A stretch of 64,000 bases of DNA from an uncultured Clostridia bacterium (GCA_944387555.1 CALXFH010000005.1:14589-78588), one strand, 5' to 3'. Shown: positions 1-10,819, counted from the stretch's first letter. Notes: generated by a model not told the origin, from the letters alone. Numbers and translations: made by a program.

Positions 1-2
1 CT

Positions 3-74
3 GAGATTTATACTCATGTAAATAGCGACCAAGTAAGAAGTGCAGTTGAAAGGAATCCACTCGCTAATTTATAG
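3..74 (+). CDS. 3' end (partial) of a tyrosine recombinase, XerC/XerD-like
   Basis: Frame from nt 3 reads EIYTHVNSDQVRSAVERNPLANL*; IYTHV is the catalytic-Tyr motif of tyrosine recombinases. Confidence 0.7.
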   Translation, partial: EIYTHVNSDQVRSAVERNPLANL

Positions 75-83
75 TTGTTTTTC

Positions 84-128
84 AGGACGGGGCTAAAAAA
101 ACAGTTGTTGTTTCTTGACCCCGTCCCC
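84..128. repeat. GGACGGGG...CCCCGTCC palindromic intergenic repeat (REP-like)
   Basis: ggacgggg ... ccccgtcc inverted repeat between convergent genes; similar units at 5811 and 47281. Confidence 0.55.
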
Positions 129-138
129 AAAATAGCAT

Positions 139-942
139 TTATTTTTTATCGAATAATTTTATATAATATGGATTAATTTCTGGAAGTAAACCGCTAAGGT
201 ATATAGTATTATGATCCTTATCTTGTATTTTTATATTCGGAAATGTTTTAATCATCTTTTTATTTCCCCAAACAGTATTTATAAACCTATCTAAATTCTT
301 GTTTGCCTTTACCCTATCATATTTTGCTTTTACTTCTTTTTCATTGTAAACAGGAATATTTTTCTCTACTACCATTCTTGTAATAAATTGGTCTTGTGCG
401 TAAACTGTTGCAATACAATCAATTAGCAAAAATATTATTATGATACTAACAGTTGTTTTTAAAACTTTTATTGAAATTTTTTCTTGCAACCAATTACACA
501 ATTTATCTATTTTAGGATTTACTTTTCTTACTAAAAATACAGTTAAAATCCCCCAAAACACTGAATAAAGTAAACATACTCTACCATTTACATTTAATAT
601 TTTTCCTGAATAATCCCACCAGCTTGTTTCTAGGATTACTTCTATTAAAAAGCTTAATATATATTCTGTTAAAGTTCCTATTACATATCCACCAATAAAT
701 AAAGTAAAATTATTTTTATCAAAATATTTAGTAAATAATATAATAAAAACTGCTCCAACTCCATAAATTCCAAGAAAAGGACCATATAAAAAGCTTTGTC
801 TTGACTGCCAAACTCCCATTGTAACCATTGCAAATAATGTTTCTATTATATAACCTAAAATGCTATAAACAATAAAATAAACAAATATTTTCCATATACT
901 AATACCTAATATTTTATATTCTAATTTATTATTATTCCCCAT
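139..942 (-). CDS. Putative ABC transporter permease-like membrane protein (DUF1113/CmpB type)
   Basis: Multi-TM protein with GFLYGP-like (SFLYGPFLGIYG) and WWDYS...NVNGRVC motifs. Confidence 0.75.
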   Translation of the reverse strand: MGNNNKLEYKILGISIWKIFVYFIVYSILGYIIETLFAMVTMGVWQSRQSFLYGPFLGIYGVGAVFIILFTKYFDKNNFTLFIGGYVIGTLTEYILSFLIEVILETSWWDYSGKILNVNGRVCLLYSVFWGILTVFLVRKVNPKIDKLCNWLQEKISIKVLKTTVSIIIIFLLIDCIATVYAQDQFITRMVVEKNIPVYNEKEVKAKYDRVKANKNLDRFINTVWGNKKMIKTFPNIKIQDKDHNTIYLSGLLPEINPYYIKLFDKK

Positions 943-950
943 ATTTTCTC

Positions 951-2717
951 CTATATTAATTCTTTTAATTCCTGCATTTTTTCATGATAAAAATTAATTG
1001 CTTCTTCATATACTTGCTTTGTTTCTAAGTCTACATCTACCATTTTTAAAAGTTCAATAGATTTTTTGGAACATCCTTGTTTTAACATTTCAATATACCT
1101 CTTAACAAAAGGCTCTCCTTGTTTTAGTATGTTAGTTGCAATACTAATTGCTGCTGATACTCCAGTTGCATATTTATATACATAGAAATCTGTATAAAAA
1201 TGAGGAATTCTTGCCCATTCATATTTAATATTTTCGTCTACTATCATATTATTTCCAAAATAATCTTTATTTAACTGGTAATAAATCTCATTTAAATCTT
1301 CAGAAGAAAGTGTTTCATTATTTTCTATTTTTTCATGAACTATTTTCTCAAATTCTGCAAACATTGCTTGTCTAAATAATGTTGCTCTTATCATTTCTAA
1401 TAATTCATATAATAATTCCGCTTTTTTTAGTTTATCTTTTTCGTTTTCTATTTGATAACTACTAAGTAGAATTTCGTTTACAGTTGATGCAACTTCTGCT
1501 GTCATAATTGTATAATCTGCATCTATAATTGTTTGATTTGAACTTGAATAATATGAGTGCATACTATGTCCTAATTCATGTGCTATCGTACTTACATCTC
1601 TTTTACTATTTACAAAGTTTAAAAGTACAAATGGATGAACATTATATATTCCCATACTATATGCTCCACCTTTTTTATTTGGTTTTGCATATACATCTAT
1701 CCAATTATTATCAAAAGCTTCTCTTAGTTTATTTAAATATTCTTCTCCCATAACAGATAATGCTTGTTCTACTTCTTTTCTTGCATCTTCAAAAGTTATT
1801 TCATCTTTTTCTTGTTCAAATGGATTAACATATAAATCATACATATGGAAATCTTCTTTTTTTAGTATTTTCTTTTTTAAATCAATAAATTCATGATTTA
1901 CTTTAAGTCCTTCGTGTATTGCTTCTATTAATGAGTCATAGACTTTAAGAGATGCATCATCATTTAGTACTGCTCTTTCTAGACTTGATTTGTATTTTCT
2001 AAGCTTTGCAGAAACTGACGTTGCTTTTACATTTGCTAAATACAATTCTGTTATTGTATTTACAAATTTACTGTATTGCTCATACATTAAGTTAAATGCA
2101 TCTTTTCTTACTCTTTCATCTTGGCTTTTTAAATAAAGAGTATAATTACTTTCTGTTAGTTCTACCTCTTCCCCATTTTCATCTTTTAGATTTCCAAATT
2201 TAAATTCTGCATTTGTTAAAATATCAAATGTATTTTCAGGTGCTGAAAATAACTCTTGATAATTTGCAAGTAAGTTTTCCTCTTCTTTGCTTAATATATG
2301 TTCTTTTTCTTTTAATATATCTAAGATATCTCTTTTATATCTATCTAATCTTCTATCCTCAGATAAATATTTCTCAACCAATCCATCTTCACTATATGTT
2401 ATTTCTGGCGTCATAAATGATGTTTTTGTACTAAATTCTGTGCCTAAACTTTCTACTTCTTTATATAATTTTATTCCTTCTTGATTTGACATATCTAAAT
2501 TGTAATAAAGCATTCCATAACCATATAATTTTTCATACTTTTCTAATGCTTTTTCATATAAATTATAACAATTATAAAGGTTATCAGAACTACTACATAG
2601 TTTTCCTTGGTAACTACTAATTCCTTCTAAATCTTCTTCTAAGAATCTTTTAGTTTTATCAAACTCTTCCTTATTTTCAAATATTTCTTTTAAATTCCAA
2701 TCATATTTTGAATTCAT
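951..2717 (-). CDS. pepF: Oligoendopeptidase F (M3B)
   Basis: HELGHSMH zinc motif, W..IPHFY..FYVYKYA motif, 588 aa. Confidence 0.95.
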   Translation of the reverse strand: MNSKYDWNLKEIFENKEEFDKTKRFLEEDLEGISSYQGKLCSSSDNLYNCYNLYEKALEKYEKLYGYGMLYYNLDMSNQEGIKLYKEVESLGTEFSTKTSFMTPEITYSEDGLVEKYLSEDRRLDRYKRDILDILKEKEHILSKEEENLLANYQELFSAPENTFDILTNAEFKFGNLKDENGEEVELTESNYTLYLKSQDERVRKDAFNLMYEQYSKFVNTITELYLANVKATSVSAKLRKYKSSLERAVLNDDASLKVYDSLIEAIHEGLKVNHEFIDLKKKILKKEDFHMYDLYVNPFEQEKDEITFEDARKEVEQALSVMGEEYLNKLREAFDNNWIDVYAKPNKKGGAYSMGIYNVHPFVLLNFVNSKRDVSTIAHELGHSMHSYYSSSNQTIIDADYTIMTAEVASTVNEILLSSYQIENEKDKLKKAELLYELLEMIRATLFRQAMFAEFEKIVHEKIENNETLSSEDLNEIYYQLNKDYFGNNMIVDENIKYEWARIPHFYTDFYVYKYATGVSAAISIATNILKQGEPFVKRYIEMLKQGCSKKSIELLKMVDVDLETKQVYEEAINFYHEKMQELKELI

Positions 2718-2829
2718 AATTTACCTCCTAAACTGAGCTCATTTTATCATATTTTATTTCTATTAACAATAATTTATACAAATTAATAGAAAAAGAGCTT
2801 AAAAGCTCTTTTAAACTAATCTTAATATT

Positions 2830-3412
2830 TTATAATAAAATTGGGCTTATTTGCTCACCATCTAAAGCAAACTTTATAGTCTTTATTAAGTAATTTTCAT
2901 CAAAAACAATTGACCTTGGTTTTGTTATTGGATTATCTTGTCTAAATGGCACAAAATAATAATTTCTTCTATTTAATAATTTACCAATATTTTCTGCATT
3001 TCCACTTAATCCATTATTAGTAGATGGTGCAATAACAAGTGGTCTATCATTTCTTAAATGAGATTTACAAGCCATAACAGCTGGCGTATCTATTATATCT
3101 AAGGCAAGTTTTGCCATTGTATTACCGTGAGCAAGGAGCAACTACCATTACATCTGTCATTTTTTTAGGACCTATTGGCTCAGCCCCTTGTATTGTATGA
3201 ATTATTTCCTTGCCTGTTATTTCTTCTATTTCTTTTATGAAATCTTCAGCTTTTCCAAATTTTGTATCCAAATTATAGCTATTATAAGACATAATAGGAA
3301 TAATTTCTGCTCCTTCTTTTTCTACCAATTCTTTTATTTTAGGAATTGTCTTTTTAAATGTACAAAATGAGCCTGTAAGTACAAAACCTATCTTTTTTCC
3401 ATATAACTCCAA
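2830..3412 (-). CDS. spoVFB: Dipicolinate synthase subunit B, split by a +1 insertion at 3127 (193 aa if corrected)
   Basis: N-half GFVLTGSFCT...VVAPCS and C-half GNTMAKLA...NYYFVPFRQDNP join as APCS-GNTMAKL if one C is skipped; TTG start at 3412 after GGGGGAAGG. Confidence 0.9.
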
Positions 3413-3477
3413 TATCCTTCCCCCTTTCATATGACCTTTATATATCATATGAAAAAAGGAGATTTTTCGACATTTAT

Positions 3478-3813
3478 TTATCTAATTATCTCACTTTTAA
3501 AATATCTTTCTTGGAATTCTGTTAGAGCTTCTATTTGTTCATTTGAATAGTCTTTATCTCTTGGTACAATAATTAATTTATCATCATCTTCATTAATTCT
3601 TTTAATAACTGCAATACACTTACCTTCAAATTCTTTTACTGGTTCAAATACACCTAAAACATAACAATCAAGTTCTTCCCCATCTCCACTAATAGTATTT
3701 GGAATATAACCATAATTTACTGTATAAATCATATCCCATTTTGGATGTCTAGAGCCTAAAGGTCTATCTATTTTTACTTTAACTATTTTTCCAATATAAT
3801 CTTTACTATTCAT
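3478..3813 (-). CDS. Inorganic pyrophosphatase-family protein
   Basis: NYGYIPNT.SGDGEELDCY and DDDKL motifs. Confidence 0.8.
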   Translation of the reverse strand: MNSKDYIGKIVKVKIDRPLGSRHPKWDMIYTVNYGYIPNTISGDGEELDCYVLGVFEPVKEFEGKCIAVIKRINEDDDKLIIVPRDKDYSNEQIEALTEFQERYFKSEIIR

Positions 3814-3857
3814 ATAGTTTCACCTTATTTTTTATTTTAATTTTAATTTTATTTTTA

Positions 3858-4442
3858 TTATTTCTTTTTTGCTATAACATTAATTATATGCCAATGTTTT
3901 TTAGTTCCTAAAGCTGTTTTTCCGTCTTTTTCCATCTCTCCAAAATTAATTATTTCAAAAGACGAAAACAAGTCTATTACTTCTTCTTTGGAAAAGAATG
4001 TCATATTAGGTCTATTTGCCCAAGTATCGTGTTTGCCAAAGAAATTGCCTACAAAATAGCCGTCTTTAGAAATAGAATTTACGATTTTATCCCATAAATC
4101 ATTAAAATACTTTTTATCACAAAAAGATAAGCTTAAGTTTGCAACTAATAAATTACAAGGATTTAGAGTAATATTTTTAAAATCCTGTTTTTCAAATTCT
4201 AAAGAATTTTGCTCTCCTTCATTTAAAGCTTTTCTAATAATTTCTTCAGTATTTTCTTTATCAATTGCTATAACTTTCCAGCCATTCCTAATTAGATATA
4301 TTGTATCATTTCCTGCTCCACATCCTAAATCTATACAAGTTCCAGGTTTAACATTCATTTCAACAAATTTTCTTACATTTTTTCTTGGCATGGTATTCTT
4401 AGTTTTTTCATAATAATCAAAAGCATTTTCCATAATTATCAC
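3858..4442 (-). CDS. Class I SAM-dependent methyltransferase
   Basis: IDLGCGAGND motif I. Confidence 0.85.
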   Translation of the reverse strand: MIIMENAFDYYEKTKNTMPRKNVRKFVEMNVKPGTCIDLGCGAGNDTIYLIRNGWKVIAIDKENTEEIIRKALNEGEQNSLEFEKQDFKNITLNPCNLLVANLSLSFCDKKYFNDLWDKIVNSISKDGYFVGNFFGKHDTWANRPNMTFFSKEEVIDLFSSFEIINFGEMEKDGKTALGTKKHWHIINVIAKKK

Positions 4443-4502
4443 CCTAATATATGTATATCATATTTTTACAATTTTTAAAATAGAATTAAATGGTGAATAT
4501 TA

Positions 4503-5813
4503 TTGAAAAGGACAGAAAAATTTTTAATAAATGGCTCTATACTTACCTTAACCGCACTAATTACTAGAAGTATAAGTATGGTGTTTAATATTTATGTTTC
4601 AAATAAAATAGGTTCAGAAGCAGTAGGTGTATTTTCACTTGTTATGTCTGTTTATACATTTTTTATAACACTTGCAACATCTGGGCTTAGTCTTGCTTGT
4701 ACATATTTAGTATCTCAAGAATTTGCAAAAGGAAATTACTTAGAAGGCCTAAAAGCTGTTAGAAGCTCTCTTTTATTTGCTTTTATTTTAGGATTAGGAA
4801 GTAGCTTAATATTAATTTTATTATCTTCCATAATATCTACAACTTGGCTAAATAATAGAGTATCCTCTACTCCATTTTACTTAATTGCAATTGGACTTCC
4901 TTGTATAGCAATTTCATCAGTTATAAATGGCTATTTTTCAGCTGTAAGGAAAGCATACAAATCAGCAATTTCACAAACTTTAGAACTTAGTGTTAAAATA
5001 ATAATTAGTATTATTTTATTACAATATTTTTCTTTAAACAGTGTTGAAACAGTTTGCATATGTTTAGTTTTAGCAGATGTAATATCAGAAGTATTTTCTT
5101 GTACATTTTTATTTATTTTATATAAAATAGATAAAGGCTTTTTTAATAAAAGAGCAAAAATAACAGGAATAAGCTATAAAAGAAAAATCTTAAATATAAC
5201 ACTTCCTGTTTCTATTACTTCTTATATACGTTCTGGACTTTCTACTTTAAAAGAATTTATTGTTCCAAATAGATTAGTATTATTTGGACTTCCTTATACA
5301 TTAGCTTTATCTGAATATGGTAGAATAACAGGAATGGCAATACCTGTTATAATGTTTCCTACTGTTTTTATTGGCTCTTTTAGTTCTTTGCTTATACCTG
5401 AATTTTCAAGTTTAATGGCAAAAGGATATAAGAAAAGAATACTAACAGTTAGCCATAAAATATTTATAATTGCAACTTGTTTTTCATTATTTGTAAGCAT
5501 TATTTGTCTTGTTTTTGCAAATAATTTAAGTTTAGCAATATTTCAAAATTTAGAGTGCGCTAAATACATAAGAATCCTTTCTCCACTAATTTTACTTATG
5601 TATCTAGATAATATTGTAGATAATATGTTAAAAGGATTAAATAGGCAATTTAAAGTTATGCTTTGTAACATAGCTGACCTTGTTATAACAATTAGTTTAC
5701 TATATTTCTTGCTTCCAAAACTAGGGGTTCCTGGTTTTATTATTTCTATGTATGTAAGTGAAATATTTAATTTTACAGTAAGTTATTTAGAATTAAGAAA
5801 AGCAACCAAATAG
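4503..5813 (+). CDS. SpoVB-like / MOP-family flippase membrane protein
   Basis: About 12 TM segments, N-terminal GS..LT...I.R motif, TTG start. Confidence 0.7.
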   Translation: MKRTEKFLINGSILTLTALITRSISMVFNIYVSNKIGSEAVGVFSLVMSVYTFFITLATSGLSLACTYLVSQEFAKGNYLEGLKAVRSSLLFAFILGLGSSLILILLSSIISTTWLNNRVSSTPFYLIAIGLPCIAISSVINGYFSAVRKAYKSAISQTLELSVKIIISIILLQYFSLNSVETVCICLVLADVISEVFSCTFLFILYKIDKGFFNKRAKITGISYKRKILNITLPVSITSYIRSGLSTLKEFIVPNRLVLFGLPYTLALSEYGRITGMAIPVIMFPTVFIGSFSSLLIPEFSSLMAKGYKKRILTVSHKIFIIATCFSLFVSIICLVFANNLSLAIFQNLECAKYIRILSPLILLMYLDNIVDNMLKGLNRQFKVMLCNIADLVITISLLYFLLPKLGVPGFIISMYVSEIFNFTVSYLELRKATK

Positions 5814-5910
5814 GGACGTTTCCTTTTTCTCATTTTTGAGCAATTGGGGACAGACCTTTGAAGAGATGTGTCCCAGATTTCTCATTTTTGTGCAAAAGGA
5901 AACGTCCCTA
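5811..5910. repeat. 100-bp MITE/REP-like unit with 17-bp terminal inverted repeats
   Basis: tagggacgtttcctttt ... aaaaggaaacgtcccta, with a nested gggaca...tgtccc IR and an internal 11-bp direct repeat. Confidence 0.75.
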
Positions 5911-6540
5911 TTTTATTAATATTTCACATTCTATATTGTTGTTTAAACTTTCTTTAAAAATTTCTGCATCTTCCTTAGTTCCTACTATTAGACCATAATG
6001 TATTGGAACAACAACTTTTGGATTTATTTCATTTACTAAACTTGCTGCTTCTTTTGCTGTCATTGTATATGTTCCACCAATTGGAACAAAAGCTACATCA
6101 CATTTAATTTTCTTGTTTTCTTCTGTTATATCCGTATCTCCTGCAATATAATAAACTACATTGTCTAAAGTAATTAAATATCCTACCCAATTATTAGCTT
6201 TTGGATGGAAGTTTTTATTTATGTTATATGCTGGTATTGTTTTGAATTTAATATTACTTACCTCATATTCCATATTGGGAGTAACAACTAAAATATTATT
6301 TTCAGTAAAACCTAATTCTAAACTTCTATCATATAAATCTTCTGGAACTACTATTTTAGTTGTTTCTTTCTTTACTTTCAAAATATCTTCTTCTGAAAAA
6401 TGGTCATAATGTGAATGTGTTATAAATATCACATCGGCATCATTATAGTTTTCATTTATATTATATGGATCAAAATATATAATTTGTCCTTTCTCAAATT
6501 TGATTGAACTGTGGCATAATACTTTAATATTTTCTAACAT
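5908..6540 (-). CDS. MBL-fold metallo-hydrolase
   Basis: THSHYDH motif, Y.AGDT, PIHYG. Confidence 0.9.
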   Translation of the reverse strand: MLENIKVLCHSSIKFEKGQIIYFDPYNINENYNDADVIFITHSHYDHFSEEDILKVKKETTKIVVPEDLYDRSLELGFTENNILVVTPNMEYEVSNIKFKTIPAYNINKNFHPKANNWVGYLITLDNVVYYIAGDTDITEENKKIKCDVAFVPIGGTYTMTAKEAASLVNEINPKVVVPIHYGLIVGTKEDAEIFKESLNNNIECEILIK

Positions 6541-7358
6541 ACAGATTCCCCCTTGCTTTTAATTAAATTTTCCAAAACAAATGCTACTCCATTTTCATTA
6601 TTGGTAAGGGTTACGTATTTTGCTTTAGATTTTACTTCATCATTTGCATTTCCCATTGCTATACTTAAACCTGTTTTCTCAAACATTGAAACATCATTAT
6701 AGTCATCACCAATAGATATTGCATCTTTTAAATCTATATTTAAGGCTTTACAAACATTTTCTACGCCATATCCTTTTGAGGTTTTTATATCTGCTATATC
6801 AAAATATGTAATTTCTCTTGGCTTTTCCTTTGGATTTGTTAATGCTTTTGATTGATTTTTTATTCCTACATTTTTTATTTTTTCTATTTCGGGTTTTAAG
6901 TCTCTAATTTTTTCAAAACTTTTATCTTGAATTAAGCATTGCATAATATCTATTTTTTCTACAAAACTTTCAATTGGCTCATCTAACAATGTGTCTGTTT
7001 TCTTATTTGTTTGCTTTAATACAAACCTTCCCTTTTCTGTATTCATAATAAAATTAATATCATTTTCTTTGGCTAAATTATATATTTTTACACAAGCTTC
7101 TTTTTCCATTGGATTTTTAAACACACATTTATTTTCTTTATAATTATATCCATAAGCTCCATTTGAAGTAATTACATACTCGCTTGCAAAACATTCTTTA
7201 CTTACTTCTATAGCAGTTCTAACAGGTCTTCCAGAGCATATTATTATTTTTATTCCAGCTTGGGCTACATTTTTTATTGCTTCTTTTGTTCTATCTGAAA
7301 TTTTACCCAAATCATTTCTTAAAGTTCCATCTATATCTATAAAAACGGCTTTATACAA
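6534..7358 (-). CDS. Cof-type HAD hydrolase
   Basis: DIDGTL, CSGR and GDDYNDVSM motifs. Confidence 0.9.
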   Translation of the reverse strand: MYKAVFIDIDGTLRNDLGKISDRTKEAIKNVAQAGIKIIICSGRPVRTAIEVSKECFASEYVITSNGAYGYNYKENKCVFKNPMEKEACVKIYNLAKENDINFIMNTEKGRFVLKQTNKKTDTLLDEPIESFVEKIDIMQCLIQDKSFEKIRDLKPEIEKIKNVGIKNQSKALTNPKEKPREITYFDIADIKTSKGYGVENVCKALNIDLKDAISIGDDYNDVSMFEKTGLSIAMGNANDEVKSKAKYVTLTNNENGVAFVLENLIKSKGESVC

Positions 7359-7361
7359 TCA

Positions 7362-7991
7362 CTACATCTCCTTATTATCTTTATTATTTTTAATTTCTTT
7401 TACTAATTTTTTATTGTACTCGTATCTTTCTTCTTTTCTTTTTAATTTTCTTTTTGAAATTCTAACTTCATAATAAGAAATTATTACTAAGAAAATTAAA
7501 AGGAGCACTAATGTTATTTTGCTTTTTAATATTTCTATTATTCTACCAAAACCAGGAATTCTAAATAAATATTTTCCTTCTATATTTTTAAACTCTACAT
7601 ATCCCCTATCTTCGTTACTATTATTATCTCCTTTTGTTATATATACCTCTTCTCCATTTTTTTCTTCTATTCTTACGATTCTATGGGTATTTATATAATT
7701 GCCTGTTCTAAATGATATAATATCTCCTACTTCCAAATCTTCTTTAGATGTATTTGTTATAAATATTGCATCTTCTGTCATTATTGTAGGCTCCATACTT
7801 TCTGATACTATAACAAAACTCTTTAGCCCTAAAAAACTTGGCAATTCATTTGGATTTATATATGACTCTATCATTAATGTTACATTAAATGCAATTAAAA
7901 ATAATATTACAATACAAATGATAGTACTAAGTATTTTACCTAATAAATATAAATGTTTACTTGACTTTTCAAAATCACTAAGTTTGTACAC
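7362..7991 (-). CDS. Signal peptidase I (SipW-like)
   Basis: SESMEP, THRI and TKGDNN motifs flanked by TM segments. Confidence 0.85.
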   Translation of the reverse strand: MYKLSDFEKSSKHLYLLGKILSTIICIVILFLIAFNVTLMIESYINPNELPSFLGLKSFVIVSESMEPTIMTEDAIFITNTSKEDLEVGDIISFRTGNYINTHRIVRIEEKNGEEVYITKGDNNSNEDRGYVEFKNIEGKYLFRIPGFGRIIEILKSKITLVLLLIFLVIISYYEVRISKRKLKRKEERYEYNKKLVKEIKNNKDNKEM

Positions 7992-8111
7992 TTATCTTTC
8001 CTTCCTTTTCTTATGTATCTAACTATAATAACTATACCATACCACTAAAGTCTTTTCAATAAAAATTTTATTAATATTTAATTTTTTTATGTATGTTTTC
8101 AAACATACAAA

Positions 8112-8128
8112 TGTAATAAAAATGTAAT
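8112..8128 (+). promoter_or_regulatory. TGTAAT-N5-TGTAAT direct repeat (WalR/OmpR-type box) upstream of a TGTATAAT -10
   Basis: Exact match to TGTWAH-N5-TGTWAH. Confidence 0.5.
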
Positions 8129-8209
8129 ATTATTTTTATTTACTTAAAATGATTTTAAATGTATAATAAATTTAAGTAACTAAAAATAAACTTTAAATAG
8201 GAGAACAAA

Positions 8210-8644
8210 ATGGATAATGATACTTTAATTGTTTCTGAAAAAGACCAGAAAGCATACTTACCATATAAGTATTGTGATATAGAAAAAATTTATAATGAAA
8301 ATAAAGATAAATATGTATCAGTTCAAGATGTTATTAATAAAAATTATATTGTGCCACTAAATAGATTTAAACATTCTGTTAGTTCTAGATTTAGAGAAAC
8401 TATTAATTTAGTATTACACAAAGAAAATAAATCTATTTTTAAAGCTTTAGATTTAGCATTTGAATTAATGTTTGAATATAAACTAAACCCTATTATAATC
8501 TCTGCTTGTAGAAATTTGGAAGAACTTGATATTTATTTAGATTGTCTAGAAGAAGATGAACTTTTCGATTTTAGATGTTTTAAAATAAAATTTGAAGTAA
8601 CTCCTAAAATTTATACACAAGTTAAAAAGCCTAATTTTGCTTAG
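8210..8644 (+). CDS. Hypothetical protein
   Basis: 144-aa ORF with AGGAG RBS and AT-rich codon usage. Confidence 0.7.
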   Translation: MDNDTLIVSEKDQKAYLPYKYCDIEKIYNENKDKYVSVQDVINKNYIVPLNRFKHSVSSRFRETINLVLHKENKSIFKALDLAFELMFEYKLNPIIISACRNLEELDIYLDCLEEDELFDFRCFKIKFEVTPKIYTQVKKPNFA

Positions 8645-9953
8645 GCTTTTTTTCTGTTTTATCTGGTCTATATAAACTATATTTTAAATCTTCTTTACTA
8701 TATTGTGAAGGCTTTAGTCCTACTCTTCCCCTCATATAATCAAGTATCAATACTGCCATTATTGTTGTTAAGCATCCAATTATTATAAACGTATTTGCTG
8801 TTGTTGTAATTTCAAGTAATCCTGCACATATTAATGATATTATTGCAGTTAATAAATTTGATGATAAATTTCTTAAAGCTGTTAATTTTGGTCTTATTTT
8901 TCTATTTGTAAAATTATTCAAGTAACGAGCAAGTAATGCTCTATATGGTCCTTTTGCTGCATATTGTATTAAGAATAACAATACTACTAATATTAGTGAT
9001 GAAGTAGATAAGGCATCTTTTCCAATAAAGCCAATTAATATACAAGAAACAGTTGTAGGAAGCGTTAATACTGCTATTGTTTTATTTCTAAATATTTTAT
9101 GTACTTGTTCACTATATCTTGCAGTTACTGCTGCTGAGAATTGTAAAATAGCAAATATAATACCATAATAAGCTTCTGGTACGTGCATTTCAGTTAACAT
9201 ACTACTACGTAAATTTACAATTCCTAGAACTAATCCTAAAAATAATGCATTACATAATAGCAATAATCTTACTCTTCTAGATTTAAATGAGAATCTCATT
9301 GAGTCTTTTATTTGTCCTACATATTCTTTTAATGATACTGGTTTTACTTTTTCTTCTGCAATTACCGTATGTCTAAATTTGAATGAAATAACAGTTGATA
9401 GAACACAACATAAGAAGCATAATATCATTGGAATATATCCATTTATTGCGAATGTAAATCCTGCAATTACTGATGATATTGCATCAAATAAATAAAAATA
9501 TGATGAAGACTTTCCGTCTATTGTAGCAAATACTCTTCCCCTTTTCTTACTTGCAGGAAGTGAGTCATAAAGTATATTTGATTCACATATTCCTTTTATT
9601 GAATATCCTAATGCATATATAAATTGTATTAATAATAATTCATAATAATTTTGCATAAAAATCATAGCTAAAATGCTTAGAGAATAAAGTACATTTCCTA
9701 TTATTAAACAATTCTTTTTCCCTATTCTATCTACTAAACTCGTTACCGGTAACTGCCAAAATGTATTTGCTAAAGTATAAAATGCATCTGAAAATAATAC
9801 TTGTGATGCTGAAAATCCTTTTATTTGTGTTAAAAATAGAAATATTATAGGAAAATAAAACAACAAATCCCAAGAAACTGTTTTGTATATAGGAAATATT
9901 CTAACATTTTTCTTTTTGTGTCTTACTATTTTTCTTTCTTTAGTTTCTTTCAT
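8631..9953 (-). CDS. MFS transporter
   Basis: DRIGKK loop motif, about 12 TM segments. Confidence 0.85.
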   Translation of the reverse strand: MKETKERKIVRHKKKNVRIFPIYKTVSWDLLFYFPIIFLFLTQIKGFSASQVLFSDAFYTLANTFWQLPVTSLVDRIGKKNCLIIGNVLYSLSILAMIFMQNYYELLLIQFIYALGYSIKGICESNILYDSLPASKKRGRVFATIDGKSSSYFYLFDAISSVIAGFTFAINGYIPMILCFLCCVLSTVISFKFRHTVIAEEKVKPVSLKEYVGQIKDSMRFSFKSRRVRLLLLCNALFLGLVLGIVNLRSSMLTEMHVPEAYYGIIFAILQFSAAVTARYSEQVHKIFRNKTIAVLTLPTTVSCILIGFIGKDALSTSSLILVVLLFLIQYAAKGPYRALLARYLNNFTNRKIRPKLTALRNLSSNLLTAIISLICAGLLEITTTANTFIIIGCLTTIMAVLILDYMRGRVGLKPSQYSKEDLKYSLYRPDKTEKKPKQN

Positions 9954-10058
9954 TATAATCTCCTTTTACTTAAGTTATGATAACAAAAAACTAAAATTTT
10001 GACAAGAAAATTTTTTGTTTTTTATAATATTTTTTACTTTTTTAGATAAAATAAAATT

Positions 10059-10733
10059 ATGAACCAAATTTTAATTACAAATTTAAATAATGATAATAAG
10101 CAAAATAATAATAAATATGATAGAAAAAACAATAAAATAATGAATAATAGGAAAGAAAATAAAAATTTCTTTAAATTACAATTTACTTTTTCTATTATAA
10201 TAATTATTACTGCTATTTCTTTTTCTATTTATTACATTAATTCTCTTAAATCTAATGAAGAAATTTCTAAAAACTTAATCGGTAATTATAATATTTATAA
10301 ACTTTATGCTAATACACAAGAACAAGAAGAAGCTTCGCAAAATAATCTTTTTGGGATTATTGAGATACCAAAAATTAATCTTTATTATCCTGTTTTTTCT
10401 ACTTTAACAGAAGAAAACCTAAAAGTTTCTCCTTGTAAGTTCTATGGAACAAATTTAAAAGATAATACTAATATTTGTATTGCTGGTCATAACTACAACA
10501 ATGAGATGTTTTTTAGCAAAATAAATGAGTTGCAACCTAACGATGAAATCTATATTTATGATAACACAGGAGTTAAATACACATACAACATACAAAAAAA
10601 ATATGAAGTTAAAGAAGATGACCTTTCCCCTATTTACGACCACAACAAAAACGAAAAAACTCTAACCTTAATTACTTGTAATAACCTAAACAACAACAGA
10701 TTTATTATTAAAGCAATACAAAATACTTCTTAA
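10059..10733 (+). CDS. Sortase
   Basis: IAGHNY and LTLITC catalytic motifs, N-terminal TM anchor. Confidence 0.9.
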   Translation: MNQILITNLNNDNKQNNNKYDRKNNKIMNNRKENKNFFKLQFTFSIIIIITAISFSIYYINSLKSNEEISKNLIGNYNIYKLYANTQEQEEASQNNLFGIIEIPKINLYYPVFSTLTEENLKVSPCKFYGTNLKDNTNICIAGHNYNNEMFFSKINELQPNDEIYIYDNTGVKYTYNIQKKYEVKEDDLSPIYDHNKNEKTLTLITCNNLNNNRFIIKAIQNTS

Positions 10734-10819
10734 ACAGAAGTACTTTACTATATAACATAAAGGACAAAACGAAAAGACATTTTATCTTTATTGTTTTGTC
10801 CTCATATTCCTGATAATTT

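Noticed and set aside
3122-3130. spoVFB interrupted by an excisable element as in some Bacillus strains
   Set aside because: The two halves differ by one base; there is no intervening DNA or recombinase
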